From a virus: a DNA stretch of 64,000 bases. The translations under genes were made by a program, and so were the position numbers. Below, one piece after another: positions 55,665 through 63,897 of this stretch. The notes beneath the pieces are model-generated. The model saw nothing but the letters and a program-made list of their open reading frames with translations, was not told where the DNA came from and ran no database searches. The stretch's first letter is position 1, and each line of letters begins with the position of its first letter. The DNA is taken from IMG/VR virus record IMGVR_UViG_3300032245_000484, positions 2,689 through 66,688 of that record; one strand, given 5' to 3'.

Positions 55665-56255
55665 ATGAGTGACAGCCACTATATCGACAACAAGGTGTTC
55701 TATGCGGAGATGGTGAAGTGGAAGAAGGAGTGGAAGAAAGCCAAGAAGGCGAATCTTCCTCTTCCCCCCGTTACCGACTACATCGGCAGATGCTTCCTTG
55801 CAATCGCGGAGCGTCTTTCCTACAGACCGAACTTCATCAACTACCCATACAGGGAGGAGATGGTGGGGGACGGAATAGAGAACTGCCTGATGTATGCCGC
55901 GAACTTCGATCCTACCAAGTCAAAGAATCCGTTTTCCTACTTCACTCAGATCATCTACTATGCATTCGTCCGCAGGATACAGAAGGAAAAGAAGCAGAAC
56001 TACATCAAGTTCAAGAGCATAGAGATGGCAAGGACGAACGGCACGGTTCCAAGGTGGCTCAACGATGCATACCATGACGAGAACAAGATACAGGATTTCT
56101 TCAAGTCTCTTTCCCTGACTGAACTCGACCTTGAGAACTTCCAAGGTAGCAAGAAGAAGGAACCTGTCAAGGAACTTGTCGTTGCCAAGAAGGCTGCTAA
56201 GAAAACCTCCAAGAAGGTCACCAAGAAGGTCACCAAGAAGAAGCCAAAGAAATGA
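55665..56255 (+). CDS. gp55: late-transcription sigma factor
   Basis: HY.DNK.F, YIG.CFL.IA..LS.RPNF.NY.YR.EM..DGIENC..Y..NFDP.KS.NPF.YFTQI.Y.AF.RRI.KEK.Q. Confidence 0.96.
   Translation: MSDSHYIDNKVFYAEMVKWKKEWKKAKKANLPLPPVTDYIGRCFLAIAERLSYRPNFINYPYREEMVGDGIENCLMYAANFDPTKSKNPFSYFTQIIYYAFVRRIQKEKKQNYIKFKSIEMARTNGTVPRWLNDAYHDENKIQDFFKSLSLTELDLENFQGSKKKEPVKELVVAKKAAKKTSKKVTKKVTKKKPKK
56209..56240 (+). repeat. 12-bp tandem repeat (CCAAGAAGGTCA, about 2.7 copies) in the gp55 tail
   Basis: Units at 56209 and 56221, partial unit at 56233; encodes KKVT repeats. Confidence 0.8.
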
Positions 56256-57304
56256 AGATCGCCATCGTCACCGATACTCACTTCGGATTCAAGAATGATT
56301 CTCCTGTCTTTCTTGAGGCATACCTTGAGTTCTTTGAGAAGCAGTTCTTCCCCTATCTGCTGAAGAACAACATCAAGACGGTCATCCACATGGGTGATGT
56401 TCTTGATCGCAGGAAGTTCATCAACTTCAATACCCTGCGGAATGTCAGAAAAAGGTTCACGGAATGGTTCTCCAAGAACGACATCACCGTGTATTGCGTC
56501 ATCGGAAACCATGACTGCTATTGGAAGAATACCAATGAAGTGAACTCCGTTGTGGAGATATTCGGAGACCATTTCAAGGTCTACGAGAACCCCAAGGATG
56601 TGATGATCGACGGGATGGTCTGTGGATTCGTTCCGTGGATATCGAAGGACAATGCATCCGAGGTTCAGAAGTACCTTGAGACGAGCAATGCCGATGCCCT
56701 GTTCGGTCACTTTGAACTGACGGGCTATGAGGTGGTTCGTGGAGTCAAGCACGAAGGTGGTCTCGACCCCTCCGTCCTGTCGCGGTTCAAGAAGGTCTAT
56801 TCGGGGCATTTCCATTGCAAGCAGGAAAGCGGAAATATCCACTATCTTGGCAATCCCTATCAGATGTTCTTCTCCGAGGTCAATGAGTCCAAGGGATTCC
56901 ATGTGCTTGACACGGAGGATGGCTCCTTGGAGTTCTTTGAGAATCCGAGGAAACTGTACCATCGGGTTAACTATGACCTCAACCTGGACGAACAGGGGCA
57001 TGGAAACTTCAACTTTGCGAAGTACAAGGAATGCTTTGTGAAGTTGGTGGTAACCTCCAAGAAGAACCAGCCCAAGTTCGACATGTTCTGCGACCGTCTT
57101 TTTGAGGCAGGAATCCATGATCTCCTGATCGCGGAGAAGATGGAGGCTGAGGAGGAAACCGAGGATTCCTTTGTTTCCGAAAAGGAACTCTCCAAGAACA
57201 CCGTCGATCTCATAGACGGGTACATCGATGAACTCAAGATCGACGGCGGAAGCGACCTGAAGAACCTGATGCGGGAGATTTATACTGAAAGTTTGTCCAT
57301 CTAG
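56252..57304 (+). CDS. gp47: recombination endonuclease, Mre11/SbcD-like subunit
   Basis: TDTHFG, H.GD..DRRK.INF, GNHD, PWI, GH.EL.G, SGHFH, YLG.PY. Confidence 0.96.
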   Translation: MKIAIVTDTHFGFKNDSPVFLEAYLEFFEKQFFPYLLKNNIKTVIHMGDVLDRRKFINFNTLRNVRKRFTEWFSKNDITVYCVIGNHDCYWKNTNEVNSVVEIFGDHFKVYENPKDVMIDGMVCGFVPWISKDNASEVQKYLETSNADALFGHFELTGYEVVRGVKHEGGLDPSVLSRFKKVYSGHFHCKQESGNIHYLGNPYQMFFSEVNESKGFHVLDTEDGSLEFFENPRKLYHRVNYDLNLDEQGHGNFNFAKYKECFVKLVVTSKKNQPKFDMFCDRLFEAGIHDLLIAEKMEAEEETEDSFVSEKELSKNTVDLIDGYIDELKIDGGSDLKNLMREIYTESLSI

Positions 57305-57308
57305 TTTC

Positions 57309-57315
57309 CTAAATA
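57309..57315 (+). promoter_or_regulatory. late promoter variant CTAAATA at the head of the insert
   Basis: Intergenic after gp47; followed by a GGAGG RBS and ATG at 57334. Confidence 0.55.
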
Positions 57316-57333
57316 TTGGAAACTGGAGGACAG

Positions 57334-58230
57334 ATGGACGGTCATATTCGCGAGGATCTTCGCAAGTGGTTCAATCCCAAGCACCCCGAGGGTGGCTGGA
57401 AGCGCATCAACACCAAGGGTGAAGTGGTTGGTCCCTGTGCGCGTGAACCTGGCGAACCAAAGCCAAAGTGCATGTCCAATGAGAAGCGGCGGAAACTTTC
57501 CAAGACGGAGAGAGCCGCTGCTGTCCGTACCAAGAGAAAACATGATCCGAATTCGGAAAGGCAGGGTAAGCCCATCAATGTCTCAAACTTTGGAAAAGGC
57601 AAGATAAGCGAAGAGTATGTAATCGATCCGAAGGACGATCTGATCGAATCGATGGATCTTTTGCTTGAGAAGAACAGCCCCACAAGCCCCGACAAGTGGC
57701 AGGATTGCGTCTCGCAAGCCCGAGCCAAGTTCGATGTCTACCCATCCGCATATGCGAATGGCTGGGCTGCTCAGTGCTACAAGCGCAAAGGTGGCAAGTG
57801 GAAGGCAGTCAACGAGCAGAAGTTGTCCTTCTCCGCATTCGTGGACAAGAAGAGCATACTGAGCGAGACCAAGAAGAAACTCAGCCTGAATGAGGACGAT
57901 GGATATGCCAGGTCTTCCGATGGCAGGAAGGTTCGGATCGCAGAGGAAGAGAAGAAGCCATACAAGGGTTTTGTGAAGGGCAAGAACCATCCCGAGGGTG
58001 GTCTTTCCCGCAAGGAAGCACATCGTCAAGGCATCCATGCTGGCATCGAAACCAAGGATGAGGCAAAGCGCAAGGGTGGCTTTGGCAAACTCTCCGACAA
58101 GACTCAGGCAAGAAGAAAATCATTCTGTGCGCGTATGAAGGGAATGAAGAAGCACAACACCAGTGCAAAGACTGCAAATGATCCCAAGTCGAAGATAAAT
58201 GCATCGCTCCGTGTATGGGGCTGTCGGTGA
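57334..58230 (+). CDS. basic multi-module head/internal protein
   Basis: Three basic modules typical of T4-like phage hypotheticals (L.KWF...W...G.C....KPKC; AKF.VYPSAYAN.W....YK..GG.W; RRKSFCARM.G......A.DP.S.IN..LR.W.C); start moved to the ATG behind GGAGG. Confidence 0.7.
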   Translation: MDGHIREDLRKWFNPKHPEGGWKRINTKGEVVGPCAREPGEPKPKCMSNEKRRKLSKTERAAAVRTKRKHDPNSERQGKPINVSNFGKGKISEEYVIDPKDDLIESMDLLLEKNSPTSPDKWQDCVSQARAKFDVYPSAYANGWAAQCYKRKGGKWKAVNEQKLSFSAFVDKKSILSETKKKLSLNEDDGYARSSDGRKVRIAEEEKKPYKGFVKGKNHPEGGLSRKEAHRQGIHAGIETKDEAKRKGGFGKLSDKTQARRKSFCARMKGMKKHNTSAKTANDPKSKINASLRVWGCR

Positions 58231-58247
58231 TGTGGGGAGGACTATAA

Positions 58248-58706
58248 ATGGCACTTACAGTACAGGACTTCACGATAGAGCAGGGTGCTTCGTTCATCCT
58301 TGAGTTTGAACTCAAGAAGGATGACGATACTCCTCTTGGTCTGATGACCCCATCAGCCGGTGGTGCGAATACCTATGATCTGGGAATCTATTCCTTCCGC
58401 ATGAAGTTGCGGAAAACCAAGTACGGCTGCCTTACCTGCATCGGTGCAGTCGCATATTCTCTTTCTGAAACCGACATCATACAGGTCGGGGATGACGATA
58501 CAGAGGGTCTTACCGCAGATGGCTTCTATGTCATTGCAGGAACTCCTGGCAAAATCAGATTGACAATCAATCCCACTTCCACTGCTGCGATAAAGTATGG
58601 AAAGTACTTCTATGACATAGAGGCAGTTTCGGGGACAACTGGAAGTTTTGAAGTGACCAAGGTTCTCTCTGGTCGCATGGTAGTGAACGCAGAAGCAACC
58701 ACCTGA
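58248..58706 (+). CDS. Ig-like fibre adaptor protein, paralogue 1
   Basis: IEQGA.F, Y..RM..RK, G.I.L......T......Y.YDIE.......KVL.G motifs. Confidence 0.65.
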   Translation: MALTVQDFTIEQGASFILEFELKKDDDTPLGLMTPSAGGANTYDLGIYSFRMKLRKTKYGCLTCIGAVAYSLSETDIIQVGDDDTEGLTADGFYVIAGTPGKIRLTINPTSTAAIKYGKYFYDIEAVSGTTGSFEVTKVLSGRMVVNAEATT

Positions 58707-58715
58707 GAGGAAAAC

Positions 58716-59165
58716 ATGGCAGCACTGAGCATAGACCTAAATGCCGAGCAGGGATCCACCTTCGTACTTGAGTTTCAGGTATTCGATGACCTCTTGACTC
58801 CGATACAGATGCTTGAGCAAAGCATCAATGCATCTGGAACCACGGAGTATTCCCTCGACGCCTACCGCATGAGGATGAAGATCCGCAAGTCCAAGTACAC
58901 GAATTCGATCATCTATTCCGCTGGCATCACCACCAACTTCGTGGTTCAGCCAGGAACAACCGAAGGATTTGTGCGAGATGGATTTGCCTTCGTCGGTGGA
59001 GCAACCGGATTTGCAAGGATGATAATCACATCAGATACTGCGGCTTCTTTCAAGGGAGGTCGGTACTTCTACGATGTGGAACTTGTCGAGTTGGTCGGCT
59101 CGGATGAGATAGTCAGCAAGTTGCTGGATGGAAAGTTCGAAGTAGCAGCAGAGGCAACCAAATGA
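58716..59165 (+). CDS. Ig-like fibre adaptor protein, paralogue 2
   Basis: AEQGSTF, Y.MRMKIRK, YFYDVE, KLL.G.F.V.AEAT; clearly homologous to the upstream gene. Confidence 0.65.
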   Translation: MAALSIDLNAEQGSTFVLEFQVFDDLLTPIQMLEQSINASGTTEYSLDAYRMRMKIRKSKYTNSIIYSAGITTNFVVQPGTTEGFVRDGFAFVGGATGFARMIITSDTAASFKGGRYFYDVELVELVGSDEIVSKLLDGKFEVAAEATK

Positions 59166-62100
59166 AGATAACGAACATACGGGTAAAGAACAACTACAAG
59201 GTCAAGTTGACGAACTCCAAGTTGGCTGGAGTCAATGCTGGTACTAGCGTTGTCGCTGAACAGGGAACAAGGACTCCCGTCATCCCTACTCCACCTGCAC
59301 CGCCCAAGACCTTCCAAGAAAAATATGACATTGTGATGAAGTACCTCATCGAAAGGTACGAGCCAGGTTGGTCTGCTGCCGATCCTGTGGTGGGCAAGGC
59401 AGCAACGATGTCATTGCTTGGAGTATCGGCAGGAATCAATCCACTGATCCTTGGTGGAACTGCTCAATCCGCATTTCAATATGCTGCATATCCGGGTAGT
59501 TCATATGCGGACGGTGGGTGGTTTGATCCATTGACCCATCCGAAGGATTTTGCCGCAGCAGTCAAGTCTGCATATAAAGTCTTTGAACGGGCAAGAAGCC
59601 CTCAGAAGGCAAAGCATCGGTTTGTGGACTACCAACTCTATGGTATTGGAGATGCCACCTCTAGTCCTGGACCTGGTGGAAACATGTTCTTCAACTTCAA
59701 TGATTTCATGTGGTATCCGGATACCAACACAAATCCACAGAAATCTATGGGTCTTACCCTAAACTACAACAATTGCATAGAGAGAGTTTTCATGCAGTGT
59801 CCATATGGACACTTTGGGACTCCGATGTCGGGTATTGGTGGGCTACACAAGAGAAGTTTTCCTTGGATCTCAGACAGGTATACGCATGGATATTGGAGAT
59901 TTGATTCTGGGTTGCTTCTGCGTGAATCCACCACGATGAGGGACTTGCTGAATGATGTTGGAATCACCCGTGATCCGTTCAATGGAGTAGTTGTCGATGG
60001 TGTCACAGATGCATTCCTAAATGAGAGTTATCGCAACTACTTCTATCCCGCAGGACATTATACTGCTACGATGGGCGATAGATCATCCGGAGGATTTACT
60101 GGTGGTGTGGTATCTGTTGGTTCTCCGTGGATACGATATCCACAAGGATTGACATGGTCGGATGGCTGGTGGGGTGGCAATGTACCAGGTTTGTGCTTTA
60201 ACAAACTTACCCTTCAACTATTCGATGGGACTACCTTCCCAACCAACCCACAGGAAATAACCGACCGCCCCGTACCCTATAACACCATCGGCATATCGTA
60301 TGGTTTTGGAGAGATGGTATATCAATCCCTGAATGACCTATCATCGGCATGGGGAAATTCGATGGAGTTCATCGGTTATCTTGGTGGTCTTCCATACGGA
60401 ACAGAGTTTGAAAGCATGGTTCCCTGGGCACTCTTTAGGGATCCAACCGTTGCAGGAAATACGGCGTATTTCAACTGGAGGCTTGATGCATCGGTTTCTC
60501 ATTGGAAGGAGAAGTTCCGTTCACCAATCGATGGATTTGCCCATGTATTCATGGATGCATCTTCACTGATCGAACGGACATTCCATCGATATCAGCCAAA
60601 TGGTTTCACTGCATGGAAAAACATTGCAAGCAATGGAGTGAGTTTCGTTGAGAACATACCCGTAACTTGGGCTAGAAAACAGTTCAACAATACCTATGGA
60701 TCAAGTGGTGGCAATGGAGTGGTGCTAGGCATCGAACGATTTGCACACTATATGTTCATGGATGACGGAGATATACTTGATCCCAACTCCAACAATCAGC
60801 GAAAATCGCCAACAGACACATTGCCTAGACATTGGTGTCTCGACAGCGATATTGCATCATCATTGCAAACCAGTCTCTATGATCTTGTCATCGGACAAAG
60901 GCGGCGAGGACTGACCTACACCAACCAAGTCTGGGGAATGGGTGTTTGTGGCAGCAGTTATCTCGGGGAACTTTATGTTGGATGTAGACCCGATGCATCA
61001 CCTGTTTCATATCTCCCGCTTGATGCATATCCTTTCTTCTACAATACATTCATACAGTTGAATGGAGATACATCGGGACTTCCTCCGTTGGAATGGAAGC
61101 GTATTTCAAATACGGTGTATAACCCTTCACCATACACACCCAGCAGCCTTGGAGTTCCTTGGGATCGTGATCGTAGATTCCGGCTCTTCTATCTCTATCC
61201 GACGATTCTTGCGCTGAATGGAACCGTGTTTGATGGTTTCTATAATGGAGATTCTCGATTTGCTCCTCAATCTACTGGTTGGTTCGATATTTCAAAGGGC
61301 AGGCTTTTGCAATATGACATGGGAACTGATCTTCCAGCAACTCCAGCACAGAACTTCTGGAGTGGAAATGCAAGAACATCGGAGTTTGAACTTCTCTATG
61401 CCTGCATGAAGGGTGGATTGACTGCTGGTCTTGATTCACTCGGGTTCACAAACCTCTACAATGAACTGGACAATGCAGGAACCACTCCAACGACTCCTGA
61501 AGGATACTATCGTGCATTGGACTATACTGTCTATGGTGCTGCCTACTTTGGACTCACCGGAGACAATCCTGCAATAGTCCCAATAATCAAGCCACAAGGA
61601 AATGCTAACTACAGAGGATATACTGATCCTGGTTCCACGGCAGGATTGCCATCGACTGAGTTTGCCGACTTTGTTTCTGTGGCAACAACTATTCCTATCG
61701 AACGGCGTGTAGTCATACCAACCTACTGGCTCCTTGATGGACCTTCAACATTTAGACCAAACGATTACTTCTTCAAGAGAACTGCGGATGGAACCACATA
61801 CACAGGAAATACTCCTGGTGTAACATATCTAAGCACCGACTATGGTGGTACATTCACGAATCTTGATACCTCTCCCCTGAGGTTCAATACTCCTTGGGCA
61901 TATGTAAACCGCGAGACAGCAAAAACATCGTACAAGAACTTCTTGCAACAGGCAAGGAATGTGGGTCAACTCTTCAGTGTTGTCAATGATGATAATGAAG
62001 CACTGGATATATTCAGCATCGGATCTTTTTATAATACTCACACTGCTGGTACTGCGGCACTTGATTCGTTCGTCGATACCTACCCGTGGCTAGAAGTCCC

Positions 62101-63322
62101 CGATGCAAGGCGTTTCGGAGCCATCATGGACGATCCTAGGTTTGTTGGAATCACAAACAGCGTGACGAATCGGACACTTGCACAAGAGTTCAAGCAACAT
62201 TATGATTCGATTCTAGTGAGTGAGGGTATGGGTGTTTGTGGGGCAAGTGCAGCAGCCATACTGACTTTCTTCACTGATGTGAACAATAGAAACGACTTCA
62301 AGGCACCTTGGGGCATTACCGAGCAAATATTGAAGATGTATGCATGGAACTCTGCGATCTATACATTCTGTCACGGAGACTTGAAATCCAAGATCATCGG
62401 CGACTCGTTGAATGAAACAGCAGGATTCCCAAGTACCAAGAAGTACTCATCTACTCTCTATGCAACCAATGCAGCAGAGGCTAAATTTGCCACGGATCTC
62501 AATGGTCATCGCAGAGTGCAAGAACATATTACTGGCTATGGACATGAGGTGCATTCCTATGGTCAGTTGGCAGGTGGAAAGAATGCATCGGGTGTGGATC
62601 CATCGGGTGGTGCAGGACCAATAAATCTGTATGGGTATCCACCAGGTGCTACAACGGACGAGGCAACTCGCTATGGCAAGTCATTCGGATGGCATCCTGT
62701 TGCAGAGGGAGGCATTACATTTGGATGTCCTGCATATCAGGCATTCATTGCGGACATCCGTAGGTTCCGAGGAATACTTCGTACAAGACCACAGGCATAT
62801 CAGGATGGCATTCGTACATGGATCTTAGGATCTCTCACTGGTGCATTTGGTGGATGGAGTGGAGATGCTTCCTATACTCAGTTCTATGAAGGAAACTCAT
62901 ATGCAACTGAATACTATAAGGAGCAGTTCTACCATCTCTGCTTGAACGGAGTGGAGGCATTCCATATCTTCAATTCGAATGGATCAGTTTCTCTGCCGAA
63001 CCAACTTCTCATCGATTGGAAGACAATCAGCGGAAACACTGTTGGTATTCCATGCACAAATGCCACGGGTGCCACAGGTGCTACCATCGACCGCATCGAT
63101 CTGTATCAAGCGGGAACCAATCAGGTGATCAGCGGAGCATATATTGGAAACACAGGTTCTAGGTTGTGGAGAATAACGGTTCCGCCAGGAAAGACTCAGT
63201 TGGTCAATCAAAGCACGACTCAGCCAAATCTTCCAGCAACTATTCCGATCCCATCTGGTTCTCGCGGAGTATGGCTGACGGCTCCTGCATCTTATGGTAT
63301 GCCTGATTATTTGAGTACATGA
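59162..63322 (+). CDS. very large hypothetical virion-associated protein, 1386 aa
   Basis: ATGA-coupled to the adaptor gene; short basic N-terminal strand, Pro linker, aromatic-rich globular regions, many GxT motifs. Confidence 0.7.
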   Translation: MKITNIRVKNNYKVKLTNSKLAGVNAGTSVVAEQGTRTPVIPTPPAPPKTFQEKYDIVMKYLIERYEPGWSAADPVVGKAATMSLLGVSAGINPLILGGTAQSAFQYAAYPGSSYADGGWFDPLTHPKDFAAAVKSAYKVFERARSPQKAKHRFVDYQLYGIGDATSSPGPGGNMFFNFNDFMWYPDTNTNPQKSMGLTLNYNNCIERVFMQCPYGHFGTPMSGIGGLHKRSFPWISDRYTHGYWRFDSGLLLRESTTMRDLLNDVGITRDPFNGVVVDGVTDAFLNESYRNYFYPAGHYTATMGDRSSGGFTGGVVSVGSPWIRYPQGLTWSDGWWGGNVPGLCFNKLTLQLFDGTTFPTNPQEITDRPVPYNTIGISYGFGEMVYQSLNDLSSAWGNSMEFIGYLGGLPYGTEFESMVPWALFRDPTVAGNTAYFNWRLDASVSHWKEKFRSPIDGFAHVFMDASSLIERTFHRYQPNGFTAWKNIASNGVSFVENIPVTWARKQFNNTYGSSGGNGVVLGIERFAHYMFMDDGDILDPNSNNQRKSPTDTLPRHWCLDSDIASSLQTSLYDLVIGQRRRGLTYTNQVWGMGVCGSSYLGELYVGCRPDASPVSYLPLDAYPFFYNTFIQLNGDTSGLPPLEWKRISNTVYNPSPYTPSSLGVPWDRDRRFRLFYLYPTILALNGTVFDGFYNGDSRFAPQSTGWFDISKGRLLQYDMGTDLPATPAQNFWSGNARTSEFELLYACMKGGLTAGLDSLGFTNLYNELDNAGTTPTTPEGYYRALDYTVYGAAYFGLTGDNPAIVPIIKPQGNANYRGYTDPGSTAGLPSTEFADFVSVATTIPIERRVVIPTYWLLDGPSTFRPNDYFFKRTADGTTYTGNTPGVTYLSTDYGGTFTNLDTSPLRFNTPWAYVNRETAKTSYKNFLQQARNVGQLFSVVNDDNEALDIFSIGSFYNTHTAGTAALDSFVDTYPWLEVPDARRFGAIMDDPRFVGITNSVTNRTLAQEFKQHYDSILVSEGMGVCGASAAAILTFFTDVNNRNDFKAPWGITEQILKMYAWNSAIYTFCHGDLKSKIIGDSLNETAGFPSTKKYSSTLYATNAAEAKFATDLNGHRRVQEHITGYGHEVHSYGQLAGGKNASGVDPSGGAGPINLYGYPPGATTDEATRYGKSFGWHPVAEGGITFGCPAYQAFIADIRRFRGILRTRPQAYQDGIRTWILGSLTGAFGGWSGDASYTQFYEGNSYATEYYKEQFYHLCLNGVEAFHIFNSNGSVSLPNQLLIDWKTISGNTVGIPCTNATGATGATIDRIDLYQAGTNQVISGAYIGNTGSRLWRITVPPGKTQLVNQSTTQPNLPATIPIPSGSRGVWLTAPASYGMPDYLST

Positions 63323-63323
63323 C

Positions 63324-63351
63324 TTGACATGCCTAGATCACGGTGTATGAT
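63324..63351 (+). promoter_or_regulatory. sigma70-type promoter for the denV-like gene, overlapped by an inverted repeat
   Basis: TTGACA (63324-63329), 16 nt spacer, TATGAT (63346-63351); ATG at 63358. Confidence 0.65.
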
Positions 63352-63360
63352 CTAGGCATG
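63328..63360. repeat. perfect 13-bp inverted repeat
   Basis: CATGCCTAGATCA-cggtgta-TGATCTAGGCATG. Confidence 0.9.
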
Positions 63361-63879
63361 AACATTTTCATCGTGAACCAAGATCCAGCACAGGCAGCGC
63401 GTGATCTCTGCGACAAGCATGTGGTGAAGATGATAGTCGAAGGCTGTCAGATGCTATCGACCAATCATCGCATCTGCGGCAGTCATGTCATCTATGCTCC
63501 CGTGAACCTGTACAAGGCATCGTTTGCAAACCATCCATGCACCATTTGGGCTAGGGAGTCCTTCGACAACTACGAATGGCTTGCAAGGCATACGCACGAA
63601 CTATGCATGGAATATACCCGTAGGTATGACAAGGTTCATTCGTGCCAGCAGATGGCGAAATGGTTCATGATGCATGTTGTCCTCCCACATGGGGCAAAGG
63701 ACTCGCTCACTCCATTCCCACAGGCAATGCCTGATCAATACCGAAGCACCGATGCTGTGGTTGCATACCGCAAGTACTATCTCGGAGAGAAGGCTAGGTT
63801 TGCCAAGTGGAATCACGGCAATCCCCCGTCTTGGTTCTCCTCAAAGAATGTTTATGAAGGTCTAGAGACTCCCGTATAA
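63358..63879 (+). CDS. pyrimidine dimer DNA glycosylase / endonuclease V-like protein
   Basis: MNIF....DP...A...CDKHVVKM..E..Q.LST, YK....NHPCT.W.R....NY.W, EYT.RY.K.H, QAMP..Y...D.V.AYR.YY..EK..FAKW. Confidence 0.8.
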   Translation: MNIFIVNQDPAQAARDLCDKHVVKMIVEGCQMLSTNHRICGSHVIYAPVNLYKASFANHPCTIWARESFDNYEWLARHTHELCMEYTRRYDKVHSCQQMAKWFMMHVVLPHGAKDSLTPFPQAMPDQYRSTDAVVAYRKYYLGEKARFAKWNHGNPPSWFSSKNVYEGLETPV

Positions 63880-63882
63880 ATA
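63875..63882 (+). promoter_or_regulatory. consensus late promoter TATAAATA upstream of gp46
   Basis: Exact match overlapping the denV-like stop; GGAG RBS follows. Confidence 0.6.
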
Positions 63883-63897
63883 TCGGTGGAGTGAACG

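Noticed and set aside
56000-57118. 372-aa antisense ORF opposite gp55/gp47, and many similar antisense ORFs (e.g. 45604-46332, 35013-35642, 2888-3571)
   Set aside because: Shadow ORFs arising from codon bias on the coding strand; they have no motifs or RBS and fully overlap well-supported genes.
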